The translations under genes and the position numbers were made by a program. From positions 1-64,000 of the IMG/VR virus record IMGVR_UViG_3300010362_000012: a stretch of DNA of 64,000 bases; one strand, written 5' to 3'. The notes under the pieces were generated by a model, which saw nothing but the letters and a program-made list of their open reading frames with translations, searched no databases and had not been told where the DNA came from. The stretch is from a virus. Taxonomy: Duplodnaviria; Caudoviricetes. Below, piece after piece: positions 1-8,283 of this stretch (its first letter is position 1; every line of letters begins with the position of its first letter).

Positions 1-45
1 CCGCCCGACTACTGCCACCCCTCCGATCACGGGATGGAGGGCTAA
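1..45 (+). CDS. 3' end of a gene truncated by the window start
   Basis: Frame 1 open (PPDYCHPSDHGMEG) to a TAA that overlaps the ATG at 45 (TAATG). Confidence 0.45.
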   Translation, partial: PPDYCHPSDHGMEG

Positions 46-662
46 TGGACACGCCAAAGAATGAGACGCCGGCCGAGGAATTCCGGCGCCGATTCCAGAC
101 GCCCGCGACGCCGATGAAGACGCCTGGTCGCCCTGCCCGGCCGAAGGAAACCGAGGAACAAGAAATGAACCGCCGCTGGGAACGGCTGGTCGAAGAGGAA
201 GAATCCGACGAGTTGCGGCGCGAGCGTCGGTATCAGCCCGACCGGGACGCGGTCCTGGCGCTCTGCACACGGTTCATTCAGGAGTGCCGACCGGTGGGGT
301 GGTCCGCGCATATCACGCCGTCCGAGACAGAGAAGCTGTCGCACGCGCAGATGGTCTGCATCCACTCGCCGCTGGGCCAGATGGCATGGGGACTATCGAT
401 GGAACGCGCCTCGTGGTTCAAGCACCTCAAACTGACGAAGTGCCGCTGGGACAAACACACCGCGAATGAGCGCACGGCGCGCCTCCGCAAACTGCTGACA
501 CTGTCAGCACTCGTCCCGGCCAACGTCTCCACGTGCAAGTGGGACAAGCACGACGCCGGCGATCGCACCGCGCGCGGACGCAAACTGCTCACGCAACCGA
601 CGATGATCCCGAAGACGGAACGAACTCCCTCGCGCCGACGCGCGCGCAGAAAGCGAGCCTGA
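45..662 (+). CDS. Hypothetical protein with duplicated C-x-W-D-K-H...R-T-A-R motif (WDGH-motif-like)
   Basis: GGAGG RBS; HSPLGQMAW...WDKHT pattern; 33-aa internal repeat. Confidence 0.7.
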   Translation: MDTPKNETPAEEFRRRFQTPATPMKTPGRPARPKETEEQEMNRRWERLVEEEESDELRRERRYQPDRDAVLALCTRFIQECRPVGWSAHITPSETEKLSHAQMVCIHSPLGQMAWGLSMERASWFKHLKLTKCRWDKHTANERTARLRKLLTLSALVPANVSTCKWDKHDAGDRTARGRKLLTQPTMIPKTERTPSRRRARRKRA

Positions 663-664
663 TC

Positions 665-982
665 ATGGGTGTCCACATTCTCTCCGACCACTATCAGAAA
701 CACGCCGTGCTGTTCTGCAGCACGACGGACTGGGCCTTCGGACCGGTCTTCGGCGACAGCGAGGACCATCTGCACGACGCCGAGGAGCGCGCCGAAGCGT
801 TCCTGCGCTGGCTCGACGCGACGGACACCTGGTGGACCTACGAGCGCCACTCGCTGCCGTCCGGTCGCCGCGACGTGCGGCAGTTGACCGACAGCGGGCT
901 CGAGCGCGCGTATTCCGACTGGCGCGCGCAGGAGGCCGAACAGTGGGCGCGCGAAGAGGCTGCCCAGTTCGCGGAGGACTGA
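665..982 (+). CDS. Hypothetical protein
   Basis: ATG 2 nt after upstream stop; TGATG coupling to the next gene. Confidence 0.7.
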   Translation: MGVHILSDHYQKHAVLFCSTTDWAFGPVFGDSEDHLHDAEERAEAFLRWLDATDTWWTYERHSLPSGRRDVRQLTDSGLERAYSDWRAQEAEQWAREEAAQFAED

Positions 983-1233
983 TGCCGACACCAACGATCG
1001 ACATCCTGAAAGAGATCGCCAAATCGCTCGACGACGTCTCGTCGGTCGAGCGGAAGGTCACGCTGTATTACGAGGTGCTGTCGCCGCACAAGATCACGCG
1101 CTGGCAGCGCGAGGCTGGTCCATTCAAGACCGTCGCTGACGCGCGGCAGCATCTCGCCACGCTGGACGGTGTCGTCGCATACAGCATCGTCGAGGACACG
1201 GTGATCACGCGCGTGATCGAGGAGCAACGATGA
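982..1233 (+). CDS. Hypothetical protein
   Basis: GGAGG RBS, TGATG and ATGA overlaps. Confidence 0.7.
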   Translation: MPTPTIDILKEIAKSLDDVSSVERKVTLYYEVLSPHKITRWQREAGPFKTVADARQHLATLDGVVAYSIVEDTVITRVIEEQR

Positions 1234-1439
1234 AGCGCGGCGACGTTCTGAAGGTCGATGAATTGCGAGACGCACTCGACCGATCCATCGGCAATCTCAA
1301 TACGGCGGTCACGCAGTTGAACACGACGCTGCGTGATGTCTTCGGGCAATTGGTGTTTGCCCTCGACACCGTCATCGACCAGCACAATGCACTCGAAACG
1401 ACATTTCACACGGAGACGCAGGCGATGGCGGCGCGGTAG
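1230..1439 (+). CDS. Coiled-coil hypothetical protein
   Basis: ATGA overlap; heptad pattern. Confidence 0.6.
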   Translation: MKRGDVLKVDELRDALDRSIGNLNTAVTQLNTTLRDVFGQLVFALDTVIDQHNALETTFHTETQAMAAR

Positions 1440-1492
1440 GCGGAATTGGAACGGCGCATCTTGTCGCTTGAACAGACCCGCGGAGAACACTA

Positions 1493-1729
1493 ATGCCTGA
1501 GACGACGAAGAAGAAGATCGCCTGCGATGACGATGTTATCGACTTGGCCGAGGCGTTCGTGGACAACTCGCCGCTCGGCGATATCGTCCAGATGAATCGC
1601 TTCGGCATGGAGCGCGGCGCTTATGTGACGGACTTGGCCGAGACGATCCAGAAGGCGATCGAGGACTGGTTTACCGATCACGAAGACGACGAGGCCGACG
1701 CACGACGCGCGGCTGAGCGGGGGGAATGA
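1493..1729 (+). CDS. Acidic hypothetical protein
   Basis: GGAGA RBS; ATGA overlap with next gene. Confidence 0.65.
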   Translation: MPETTKKKIACDDDVIDLAEAFVDNSPLGDIVQMNRFGMERGAYVTDLAETIQKAIEDWFTDHEDDEADARRAAERGE

Positions 1730-1977
1730 GCTTGAACAAACTACTTCTCGCCATCATCTGCGCGCTCGCGTTCACCGCCTGCGACCGTCCCAACGAAGAC
1801 CGGATCGCGAGTCTCGAAGGCAAAGTGCTGGCGCTCATCGGCGACAACGGGCGCATGACCGCCGAACTGGAAGATCAGACAGCCGAAATCGACACCCTGA
1901 AGGCGCAGATCAGGGATCTAGACGATCGGATTGAGGAAATCGAAGCCGACCTGTCCGAACCCAGGTGGAACCGCTAA
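1726..1977 (+). CDS. Putative lipoprotein with coiled coil
   Basis: MSLNK + hydrophobic stretch + lipobox-like AFTAC, then heptad repeats. Confidence 0.65.
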   Translation: MSLNKLLLAIICALAFTACDRPNEDRIASLEGKVLALIGDNGRMTAELEDQTAEIDTLKAQIRDLDDRIEEIEADLSEPRWNR

Positions 1978-2234
1978 TGGCCGAACCAACGACCGAACCG
2001 ACCCCGACGACGATCTGTCAGCAATGCGCGATGATGCCGGGCGGCACGCTCTGCGACGACTGTCTGCTGACGATCTGGCAGCATCGGGAGCAGCGCCAGC
2101 TCGACTCGTCACCAGGCCGGCGCCCTCCGGTCTATCGCGTGACGACCGAGACGCGCACGGCGCTGCGGCGCCTGTTCGCCGGGCAGATGACGGTCGGCGA
2201 CACCGAGGTCACGTACACGGCATTCTGGGAGTGA
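1977..2234 (+). CDS. Small Cys-cluster (CxxC...CxxC) protein
   Basis: CQQC...CDDC; TAATG overlap. Confidence 0.6.
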   Translation: MAEPTTEPTPTTICQQCAMMPGGTLCDDCLLTIWQHREQRQLDSSPGRRPPVYRVTTETRTALRRLFAGQMTVGDTEVTYTAFWE

Positions 2235-2250
2235 ACTGATAAGGCGGGAC

Positions 2251-2279
2251 GCGCGCGCGGCGGCAACCGCGGCGCGCGC
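2251..2279 (+). terminator. GC-rich hairpin (13-bp stem, 1 mismatch); possible terminator or processing site
   Basis: gcgcgcgcggcgg-caa-ccgcggcgcgcgc in intergenic DNA; no U-tract. Confidence 0.3.
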
Positions 2280-2295
2280 CCCTAATCCCACAGTC

Positions 2296-2313
2296 GCAGT
2301 GTAGGAGCACTGC
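2296..2313 (+). promoter_or_regulatory. Hairpin presenting the Shine-Dalgarno in its loop
   Basis: gcagtg-TAGGAG-cactgc, 4 nt before ATG 2318. Confidence 0.5.
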
Positions 2314-2317
2314 AAAC

Positions 2318-2770
2318 ATGAGACTGTTCAACAGCGTAATCTACCCACCCATGGACGCGCACCAGGTCATCCTTCCGACCCACCGCTGCTTCGACGATGC
2401 GCTCGAGCTCCTCGAGCGCCGCGTGCGGCACGAACCGATGATCGCCAAGAGCGACACGGTCGTCCTGGTGCATGGCGTCATCCACGGCGCCGCCGAGCAG
2501 GGCAACATCGGACGGATCGCGCACGCGTGGCTCGAGGAGCGCCGCCCCGACGGGGCGTGGATCGTCTGGGACCACGGCATCATCTGGAACGGGCAGCGGA
2601 TCTGCTTCAGCGTGGAGATCGCCGAGTACTACCGCGTCTCGCGCGTGGAGCGCGACTCGGTCGTGCGCTACACGCCGCGACAGGCGTGTGAGGAAAACGC
2701 ACGCACCGGGCACTACGGCCCATGGCACCCTGAGCTCGTGGCGCTCTGTCGCGATCCGCGACGGATCTGA
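2318..2770 (+). CDS. Hypothetical protein
   Basis: 150-aa ORF, AGGAG RBS, GC-ending codons. Confidence 0.75.
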   Translation: MRLFNSVIYPPMDAHQVILPTHRCFDDALELLERRVRHEPMIAKSDTVVLVHGVIHGAAEQGNIGRIAHAWLEERRPDGAWIVWDHGIIWNGQRICFSVEIAEYYRVSRVERDSVVRYTPRQACEENARTGHYGPWHPELVALCRDPRRI

Positions 2771-2771
2771 T

Positions 2772-4526
2772 TTACTCGCCGCCCTGATAGGGTTTCCACT
2801 CGCGCGTCTGTGAGAACGTCCCGCGCTTCCCCCGCGCGGGACTGCGCTTCGTTTTCGTCCCCTTCGTTCCCTTCATCTTTTTCGGGCTCTCGGTCAGACT
2901 CTCGCGCAATTTGTCCACCAGGGTTTCCGCCGGCGACGTCGCCGGCGGTTCGAACGACGTCCCGGTCGGCGCCGTCGCCGTCGCCGTCGTTTCTGCCGGC
3001 ATCAGCGACGGATCGGCGAGCGCGCTCTCGAGGCCTTCCCGCTGCAGGGTGGGCCAGATATCGCCTTTTCTCAGCCCTTTCGCCCGCTTGAGCACCTCCG
3101 CGACTTGCGCTTTGGTGAGGGCTGGCGGCTCAAAGGCGGCATTCGCCTCATCGACAAATGCCTGGCGCAGCTCCGGCGACAACGCTCCAGACGGTTCTGC
3201 TGCTGGCTGACTTTCTCGGAGCGCCCGCTGCATGTTTTGAATCGCGCGCGAGCGGAGGTTGTTCGTCAGCGTGGCGCGCGAAACGGGGACGTCACGCATC
3301 GCCATCGGCGGCTGAATCTCAAATCCCGGCGCACCCGTCGGCGCGGCGTTCATGTCGGCCGTCCCATGGTAGGTGAACGGCGACGGCTCGCCGACCTCAA
3401 ACCCTGGCGCCGCCGGACCCGGCGCAAACTCACCAGGACGCAGATTCGCCTGCCCTTCAAAGCTGAAATCGCGGACGTCTGGCAACGACGCCTCGAATGT
3501 CTGCGGGCCGAACGCCGGGCCTTGCCTTGCGGCGGCGCGCGCCGCTTGTTCTTCGCCGACCTTGAGAGCGCGCCATCTGTCGAGCAGGTCGGCTTCGGCG
3601 AGGCTGTTTGGTCCGGTGAAGACGCGTCCTGGTCCCAGCAAGCCCCGCGGTTCCTGGCCCGCCGTCAGCAAGCCCCGCGGCTGCGGTCCTGCCGGCAACG
3701 TGCGCTGCTGCAGGACGTCAACGGGCGAGGCCTCCGTGCCCTGCTGCGCCGCGGCGCTGAACCAGCGCGGTCCTGGCGGCTCGTAGGGGCCACCCATGGC
3801 GATGTCGCTCGCCGGCGCCGCCGGATCGAATCCGCTGATATTCGGGCTATAGGGATCGACCGTCGGCATCTCGCTGGGCAGGCGATACGGCACTTCCTTG
3901 CTGCCCAGATAGCGCGTGCGTGGCCCGGTCGGAATCTTGGCGACTGGTCGCTCGGCCGCCATCGGCTCCAAGGCCTTGCCCGCGCGTTGTAGCAGTTGAC
4001 CACCCTTTTCGATCGTCGGCGCCGCGACCGCTTTCGAGAGGCCTTTCAGCAAGCCCTGATTCGCGATGTCGCCGGCGGCCGACTCCACCAAGCCACCGGC
4101 ACGCGTCAGCGCGGGACCAACCTTGGGCACAACCGTCGGCACCGCTTTGCCGATGACCGCTTGTCCCAGTAACGATCCCAATTCCTCCGGGTGCATCGCG
4201 ACCGATGTCGCCGCGTCCGCCGCCACGCCTGGTAGTTCCTTGAGCAGCGAGGGATCGCGGAGCAGCGTGGGAATATCTTCGGTCCATCCCTTCACGACGG
4301 CGCCAGGGAGCTGCAGCAATCCCTTCAACGCATCGAGCGGACTGCGCGCGGCGCCCAGCAGTTCTCGACCGCCGTAGCGCAGCATCGCGTGCGCCGTCGA
4401 TTCGCCGGGCTGGAACGTGAAGCTGTCGTCAGGTGCCGCGGCCGGCGCCGCGACGGGTGACCTCGAGTCAGGCATGAAGCCCGCGGGCACGTCGGCGTCC
4501 GAAATAAACCCTTTCGGTAGGGGCAT
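2772..4526 (-). CDS. Putative internal virion (ejection) protein, Pro/Ala-rich
   Basis: Last gene of virion block; N-terminal LPKGF/VPAGF repeats as in podophage ejection proteins. Confidence 0.6.
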   Translation of the reverse strand: MPLPKGFISDADVPAGFMPDSRSPVAAPAAAPDDSFTFQPGESTAHAMLRYGGRELLGAARSPLDALKGLLQLPGAVVKGWTEDIPTLLRDPSLLKELPGVAADAATSVAMHPEELGSLLGQAVIGKAVPTVVPKVGPALTRAGGLVESAAGDIANQGLLKGLSKAVAAPTIEKGGQLLQRAGKALEPMAAERPVAKIPTGPRTRYLGSKEVPYRLPSEMPTVDPYSPNISGFDPAAPASDIAMGGPYEPPGPRWFSAAAQQGTEASPVDVLQQRTLPAGPQPRGLLTAGQEPRGLLGPGRVFTGPNSLAEADLLDRWRALKVGEEQAARAAARQGPAFGPQTFEASLPDVRDFSFEGQANLRPGEFAPGPAAPGFEVGEPSPFTYHGTADMNAAPTGAPGFEIQPPMAMRDVPVSRATLTNNLRSRAIQNMQRALRESQPAAEPSGALSPELRQAFVDEANAAFEPPALTKAQVAEVLKRAKGLRKGDIWPTLQREGLESALADPSLMPAETTATATAPTGTSFEPPATSPAETLVDKLRESLTESPKKMKGTKGTKTKRSPARGKRGTFSQTREWKPYQGGE

Positions 4527-4529
4527 GAC

Positions 4530-6008
4530 TTACTCCTTCTTCCAGCCGGCCGGCACTTCGGTACCCGCTGGCACCCATCCGCTTTCGCCGTTCGGCCCCT
4601 TGATATGGAAACTGCCCGCAGCAGGCCTCGCGCCACCTGGCGCGCCACCGGCGCCGACTTCGGCCAGGTCGCCGTTCCGGCCTTCCGCGTAGCCGCGCGT
4701 CCAATCCTGCATTTCGTAGAGCGCGCCGCGAATCGCGTCGGCCGTCATCTTCCGCTTGTTGAGCTGATTGCTCATTTCGTGGGCGATGCCGACGTTGGCG
4801 CCACCGCGGCCATGCAGCGAGGCAAAGCCAGAGCTCAGCGCGGTCATGTTCATCTGCAGGGCAGCGAGGATCCGATCGGTGTCCGGATCACCCGTCGATC
4901 CCACCTCGTGGGCGAGGAACTCCCCAATCGTGCGGCCCGCCAGTGGACCGAGCACGCCCTTCGCTTCGGCCTCATTCAGCAGATCGTTGGCGCGGGCGAA
5001 GTGCGGCAGGATCTCGCCGGCGCGCGCTTGCCGATCGCGCGTTTGCGGTGTGGTCGGATTCGTTTTGCCCGCCGATTCGAACGGCATCGCCACTTCTTCC
5101 GGCACACCGTTGATGAAGCGCACCGTGTGCGCCTTGCCCTGCGCGTCGAAATAGGTCTGTGGTTGCCCGGCCTTCTTGACGCCGGCGATCTGCTGTTCGA
5201 TCTCGGCGGCGGCCCGTCCTTCCGGCGAGACGCGCGCCGCGTACTTGCCGGTGTCGATGCCCTGCTGCTTGAGGAATTCGGCGAACGCGTTGCGTTTCGC
5301 GGCGGCATCCGCCGCCGCCGCCACTTCGGGACGCTGACTCAACATCGTTTTGTCGAGCGCGTCCTGCACGTCCCTGACGCGCTGCTGTTCGGCCGTGCCC
5401 GTAAACGGATCGGCGGCCATCTCGCCGCCGAGCTGCTCGAGGTTGCCACGCTGAAAGAACAGATCCATCAGCGCGCTCGCGTTGCTGCGCGTACGTCGGC
5501 CCGGCTCACCTTGCACGTAGCCTTCGGTGGGCAGGAAGGCCGCGGCTTCCGCTCGACGCACGCGATCCTCGAGCTCGCCGGCGCGCCCCTCACGCAGGGC
5601 ATTCAACGCGAGCGCGCCGCCGGGATCACCATAGGCCGCGGACGGGTCCGATGCGGGCGATTCGCTGTAGCGCGGATCGAACGCGCCGAACGCGCGCCGC
5701 AGCACGCCGATCGCGTCGCCAGGACTCAACCCGCTCGAGCCGGCGACGCGTTGCGGCGTGATGGCCGCGGCAATCTGCGCCTTTCGTTCGGCGCTTGGCG
5801 GGCCGACCGGACCTCGCGTCTCTGGCGACGGCCAGTTGACGACGTCCAGCGTGTCGGGCGTATCGGCGGTCCACCGATACGCGTCGCCAAACCGATCGGT
5901 AGGGCCAGTGGGATCTTTGGGCAGCACGATATCGGTCGTGCGCCGCTTCTTGATGAAGAGGCCGGTCGCGGGATCCCACGTTTCCTCCGTCCCGAATTCA
6001 TCAGCCAT
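4530..6008 (-). CDS. Putative internal virion (ejection) protein
   Basis: Start moved to ATG 6008 (GAGGG RBS); helical A/Q/G-rich; position in ejectosome cluster. Confidence 0.6.
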   Translation of the reverse strand: MADEFGTEETWDPATGLFIKKRRTTDIVLPKDPTGPTDRFGDAYRWTADTPDTLDVVNWPSPETRGPVGPPSAERKAQIAAAITPQRVAGSSGLSPGDAIGVLRRAFGAFDPRYSESPASDPSAAYGDPGGALALNALREGRAGELEDRVRRAEAAAFLPTEGYVQGEPGRRTRSNASALMDLFFQRGNLEQLGGEMAADPFTGTAEQQRVRDVQDALDKTMLSQRPEVAAAADAAAKRNAFAEFLKQQGIDTGKYAARVSPEGRAAAEIEQQIAGVKKAGQPQTYFDAQGKAHTVRFINGVPEEVAMPFESAGKTNPTTPQTRDRQARAGEILPHFARANDLLNEAEAKGVLGPLAGRTIGEFLAHEVGSTGDPDTDRILAALQMNMTALSSGFASLHGRGGANVGIAHEMSNQLNKRKMTADAIRGALYEMQDWTRGYAEGRNGDLAEVGAGGAPGGARPAAGSFHIKGPNGESGWVPAGTEVPAGWKKE

Positions 6009-6015
6009 CGTGCCC

Positions 6016-6555
6016 TCACATCCCGTAGTACGGGAGGGTGCCTCGTCGCAACGCGCCAATCGAGGCGCTTTGATCGAGCCGCTGCTGCGACGGCACCGCG
6101 GGGGTGTACGCCGCAACGTCTTGCGCCTTGAGCTGACCACGGTTCTTCGGTGGGGGCGGCGCGGCCGGCGCCTGCGGCCCTTGCGGCGCGGCCGGCTGTT
6201 GCTGTTGTGGCTGCTTCGGCGGCGGCACATACCACGGCATCGACCGTTCCACGCCGGCGAGCGCATCACCGGCGGTGAACGATCGATCGTCATCGAACTG
6301 GTAGCGTGGAACGACCTGCAGCGGTCCCTGTCCTTTTTGGCGCCGCAGGAGATTGGCGTACTCCGTCTGCTCGTTGAGCATGTCCGAGTAGCCGCGGCTG
6401 TCGTTCGGCAGCAGGCCGGTCAGTCCGGTCCCGCCGGGTGCGCGCCCCGGATACTGCTGCCACTCGTCTTCGATCTGTTGCAGACGGGCATCGTCCGCTG
6501 AGGGGCGCAAGGGCACGGTCTTCTGACGCAGCGTGCGGACGGATTGCATCGCCAT
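6016..6555 (-). CDS. Q/P-rich putative virion protein
   Basis: GAGGTG RBS; context. Confidence 0.55.
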   Translation of the reverse strand: MAMQSVRTLRQKTVPLRPSADDARLQQIEDEWQQYPGRAPGGTGLTGLLPNDSRGYSDMLNEQTEYANLLRRQKGQGPLQVVPRYQFDDDRSFTAGDALAGVERSMPWYVPPPKQPQQQQPAAPQGPQAPAAPPPPKNRGQLKAQDVAAYTPAVPSQQRLDQSASIGALRRGTLPYYGM

Positions 6556-6556
6556 C

Positions 6557-7240
6557 TCAGTCCCCACCTCTCGCGAACCGGGTCAACATCGGGTTGGTCT
6601 TCACGACGTTTTCGCGAATGTCTTGCACCCGCCGGCCGTAGAAGTTTTCGGGGAGCTCCGCCGGCGCGACGCCGCCATAGGCCGTGCTCGCGAACCGCGG
6701 GCGGCCGAGGCCGTTGTACGCCTGGATCTGCCGTTCCTCAGGACTGGTGCTCAACCGCTGCTGCAGCGACTTCAAATAGCCGAGCGCGTTCGTGAGATTG
6801 ACGTCGCGCGTGTGCGCCTCGAGCGCGGTGCGATAGTGCGGGGACGACGCCAGCGTGGACGCGATCGGATCGGTGGTCGGATCCACCATGGGATGCGGCG
6901 CCGACAGCGTCAGGGGATTGCTGGCCTGGGTGCGACCAAGGGTCGATTCCTGCAGCCCCATGGCGAGCGCGGTATGCGGATCGACGCCGGTGCGTCGCGC
7001 GACGGTGGCGACGTCCCGTGCGACAAGGCCGGGATAGCTGCCGCCGGTCAGGCGCCCGCCTTCACGCGGGTCGGTGATGGCAAACGTCGGATCGGCGACG
7101 TTCCCCACGGGGTCGCCAGGCCGCAAGGGTTGCGGCATCTGCGCGGATCGATCCGGACTCGCCGGCGCCGGCAGGTCGTCGAGCAGGCTCGCGCCTGGAA
7201 AGACCCGACGATACAGTGAGCTAATCGACCAATTCGGCAT
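6557..7240 (-). CDS. Virion-associated lytic transglycosylase (SLT/lysozyme-like fold)
   Basis: ARRTGVDPHTALAMGLQES (catalytic E-S), ALGYLKSL, AYNG, Y..RV motifs. Confidence 0.75.
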   Translation of the reverse strand: MPNWSISSLYRRVFPGASLLDDLPAPASPDRSAQMPQPLRPGDPVGNVADPTFAITDPREGGRLTGGSYPGLVARDVATVARRTGVDPHTALAMGLQESTLGRTQASNPLTLSAPHPMVDPTTDPIASTLASSPHYRTALEAHTRDVNLTNALGYLKSLQQRLSTSPEERQIQAYNGLGRPRFASTAYGGVAPAELPENFYGRRVQDIRENVVKTNPMLTRFARGGD

Positions 7241-7241
7241 G

Positions 7242-8033
7242 TCAGTACAGCCGGCCGAGCAGATTGCTGATCCCTTCGTAGCGCGTCCGGTTGGCGTTGG
7301 CCGCGCGATTGGCCGCGGCAATGCGTTCATCGATATCCTGGCCGCGGGCGGTGATGTTCTGGCCGCGCGCGGTAATGTCCTGGCCGCGCTGGTCAATCGC
7401 CCCCTTGTAGCCCATCTCCGCGAAGTCGGTCAGGCGCTTGGCCTCTTGAATCGCCTGCTCGCGCGTGGTGTCGCCCAATTGCCCCTGCCCGGCCGTCAGG
7501 ATGTTCTGGGCGCCACGAACTTCGGCGCCGCCTCCCAACATGCCCCGGCCGGCAAGCGCGCTCCTGAGCGACGCCAGGCTGCCGGCAGTTTCCAAGCCCA
7601 CTTGGTCCTTCGCCCTGGCGAAGATATTCGCTTGGGCGGCTGAGGTATCCGGCAGTTCGATCTTGCCGATTTCGGGTGGCACTGGACCGACGTCGCCGCC
7701 GCCCCCGCCGCCGGCCGCGTAGCCGGCGGTCGAGTAGGAGGTTTCGACCGGCCGGTCGAGCATGCCCATTAACCTGGTCCGGAGCTGATCCCGTGCGGCG
7801 CGATCCGCTTCCGTCCGTGAAAACGTGGTGGCGCGCGCCTGATCCTCGATCTGCTGCTGCCGGGCGCGCTGCGTGAGGACATCCGTCGCCGAGCCCGCAA
7901 TCGGAATGTACTTGCCCGTATTCGGGTCCGTGGTGTAGCCCGCCGGGATTTGACGCGGCACATTGCCGTACTGATCGCGCGGCCCGCTGCTGACGTTGAG
8001 GTAGCCCGCCCCGCCGATTCCTCCTCCTGGCAT
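7242..8033 (-). CDS. DNA-transfer/pilot-like internal virion protein
   Basis: RGQDITA-RGQNITA-RGQDI heptad repeats; context. Confidence 0.6.
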   Translation of the reverse strand: MPGGGIGGAGYLNVSSGPRDQYGNVPRQIPAGYTTDPNTGKYIPIAGSATDVLTQRARQQQIEDQARATTFSRTEADRAARDQLRTRLMGMLDRPVETSYSTAGYAAGGGGGGDVGPVPPEIGKIELPDTSAAQANIFARAKDQVGLETAGSLASLRSALAGRGMLGGGAEVRGAQNILTAGQGQLGDTTREQAIQEAKRLTDFAEMGYKGAIDQRGQDITARGQNITARGQDIDERIAAANRAANANRTRYEGISNLLGRLY

Positions 8034-8067
8034 CGTGCCCGTCCTTCCGTCGAAATCGTACCACCCG

Positions 8068-8283
8068 TTACAGACCGATCATCAGCGTGTAGAACGCTTC
8101 GGGCGCGCCTGGCGTCGGCCCCCCGCCCCCGCTCACCGGAAACAGCGAGCTCGCCGGCACGCCCTCGTACCAATAGAGCTCGGTGCCGGCGTCGGGCGGG
8201 CTCGAGGCTTTCCGCACGCCGTCGAACGCCACGCCGTCGAACCAGTAGATTTCGGTGCCGCCGTTGTCGGTGACCGCTGCCAT
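8068..8283 (-). CDS. Small tail-associated protein
   Basis: TGATG coupling to tailspike; duplicated GTE[IL]YW[FY][DE]GV motif. Confidence 0.55.
   Translation of the reverse strand: MAAVTDNGGTEIYWFDGVAFDGVRKASSPPDAGTELYWYEGVPASSLFPVSGGGGPTPGAPEAFYTLMIGL

Noticed and set aside
19-41. Hairpin ccctcc...ggaggg sequestering the SD of 45-662
   Set aside because: Lies in the upstream coding tail and is explained by ordinary translational coupling or high GC.
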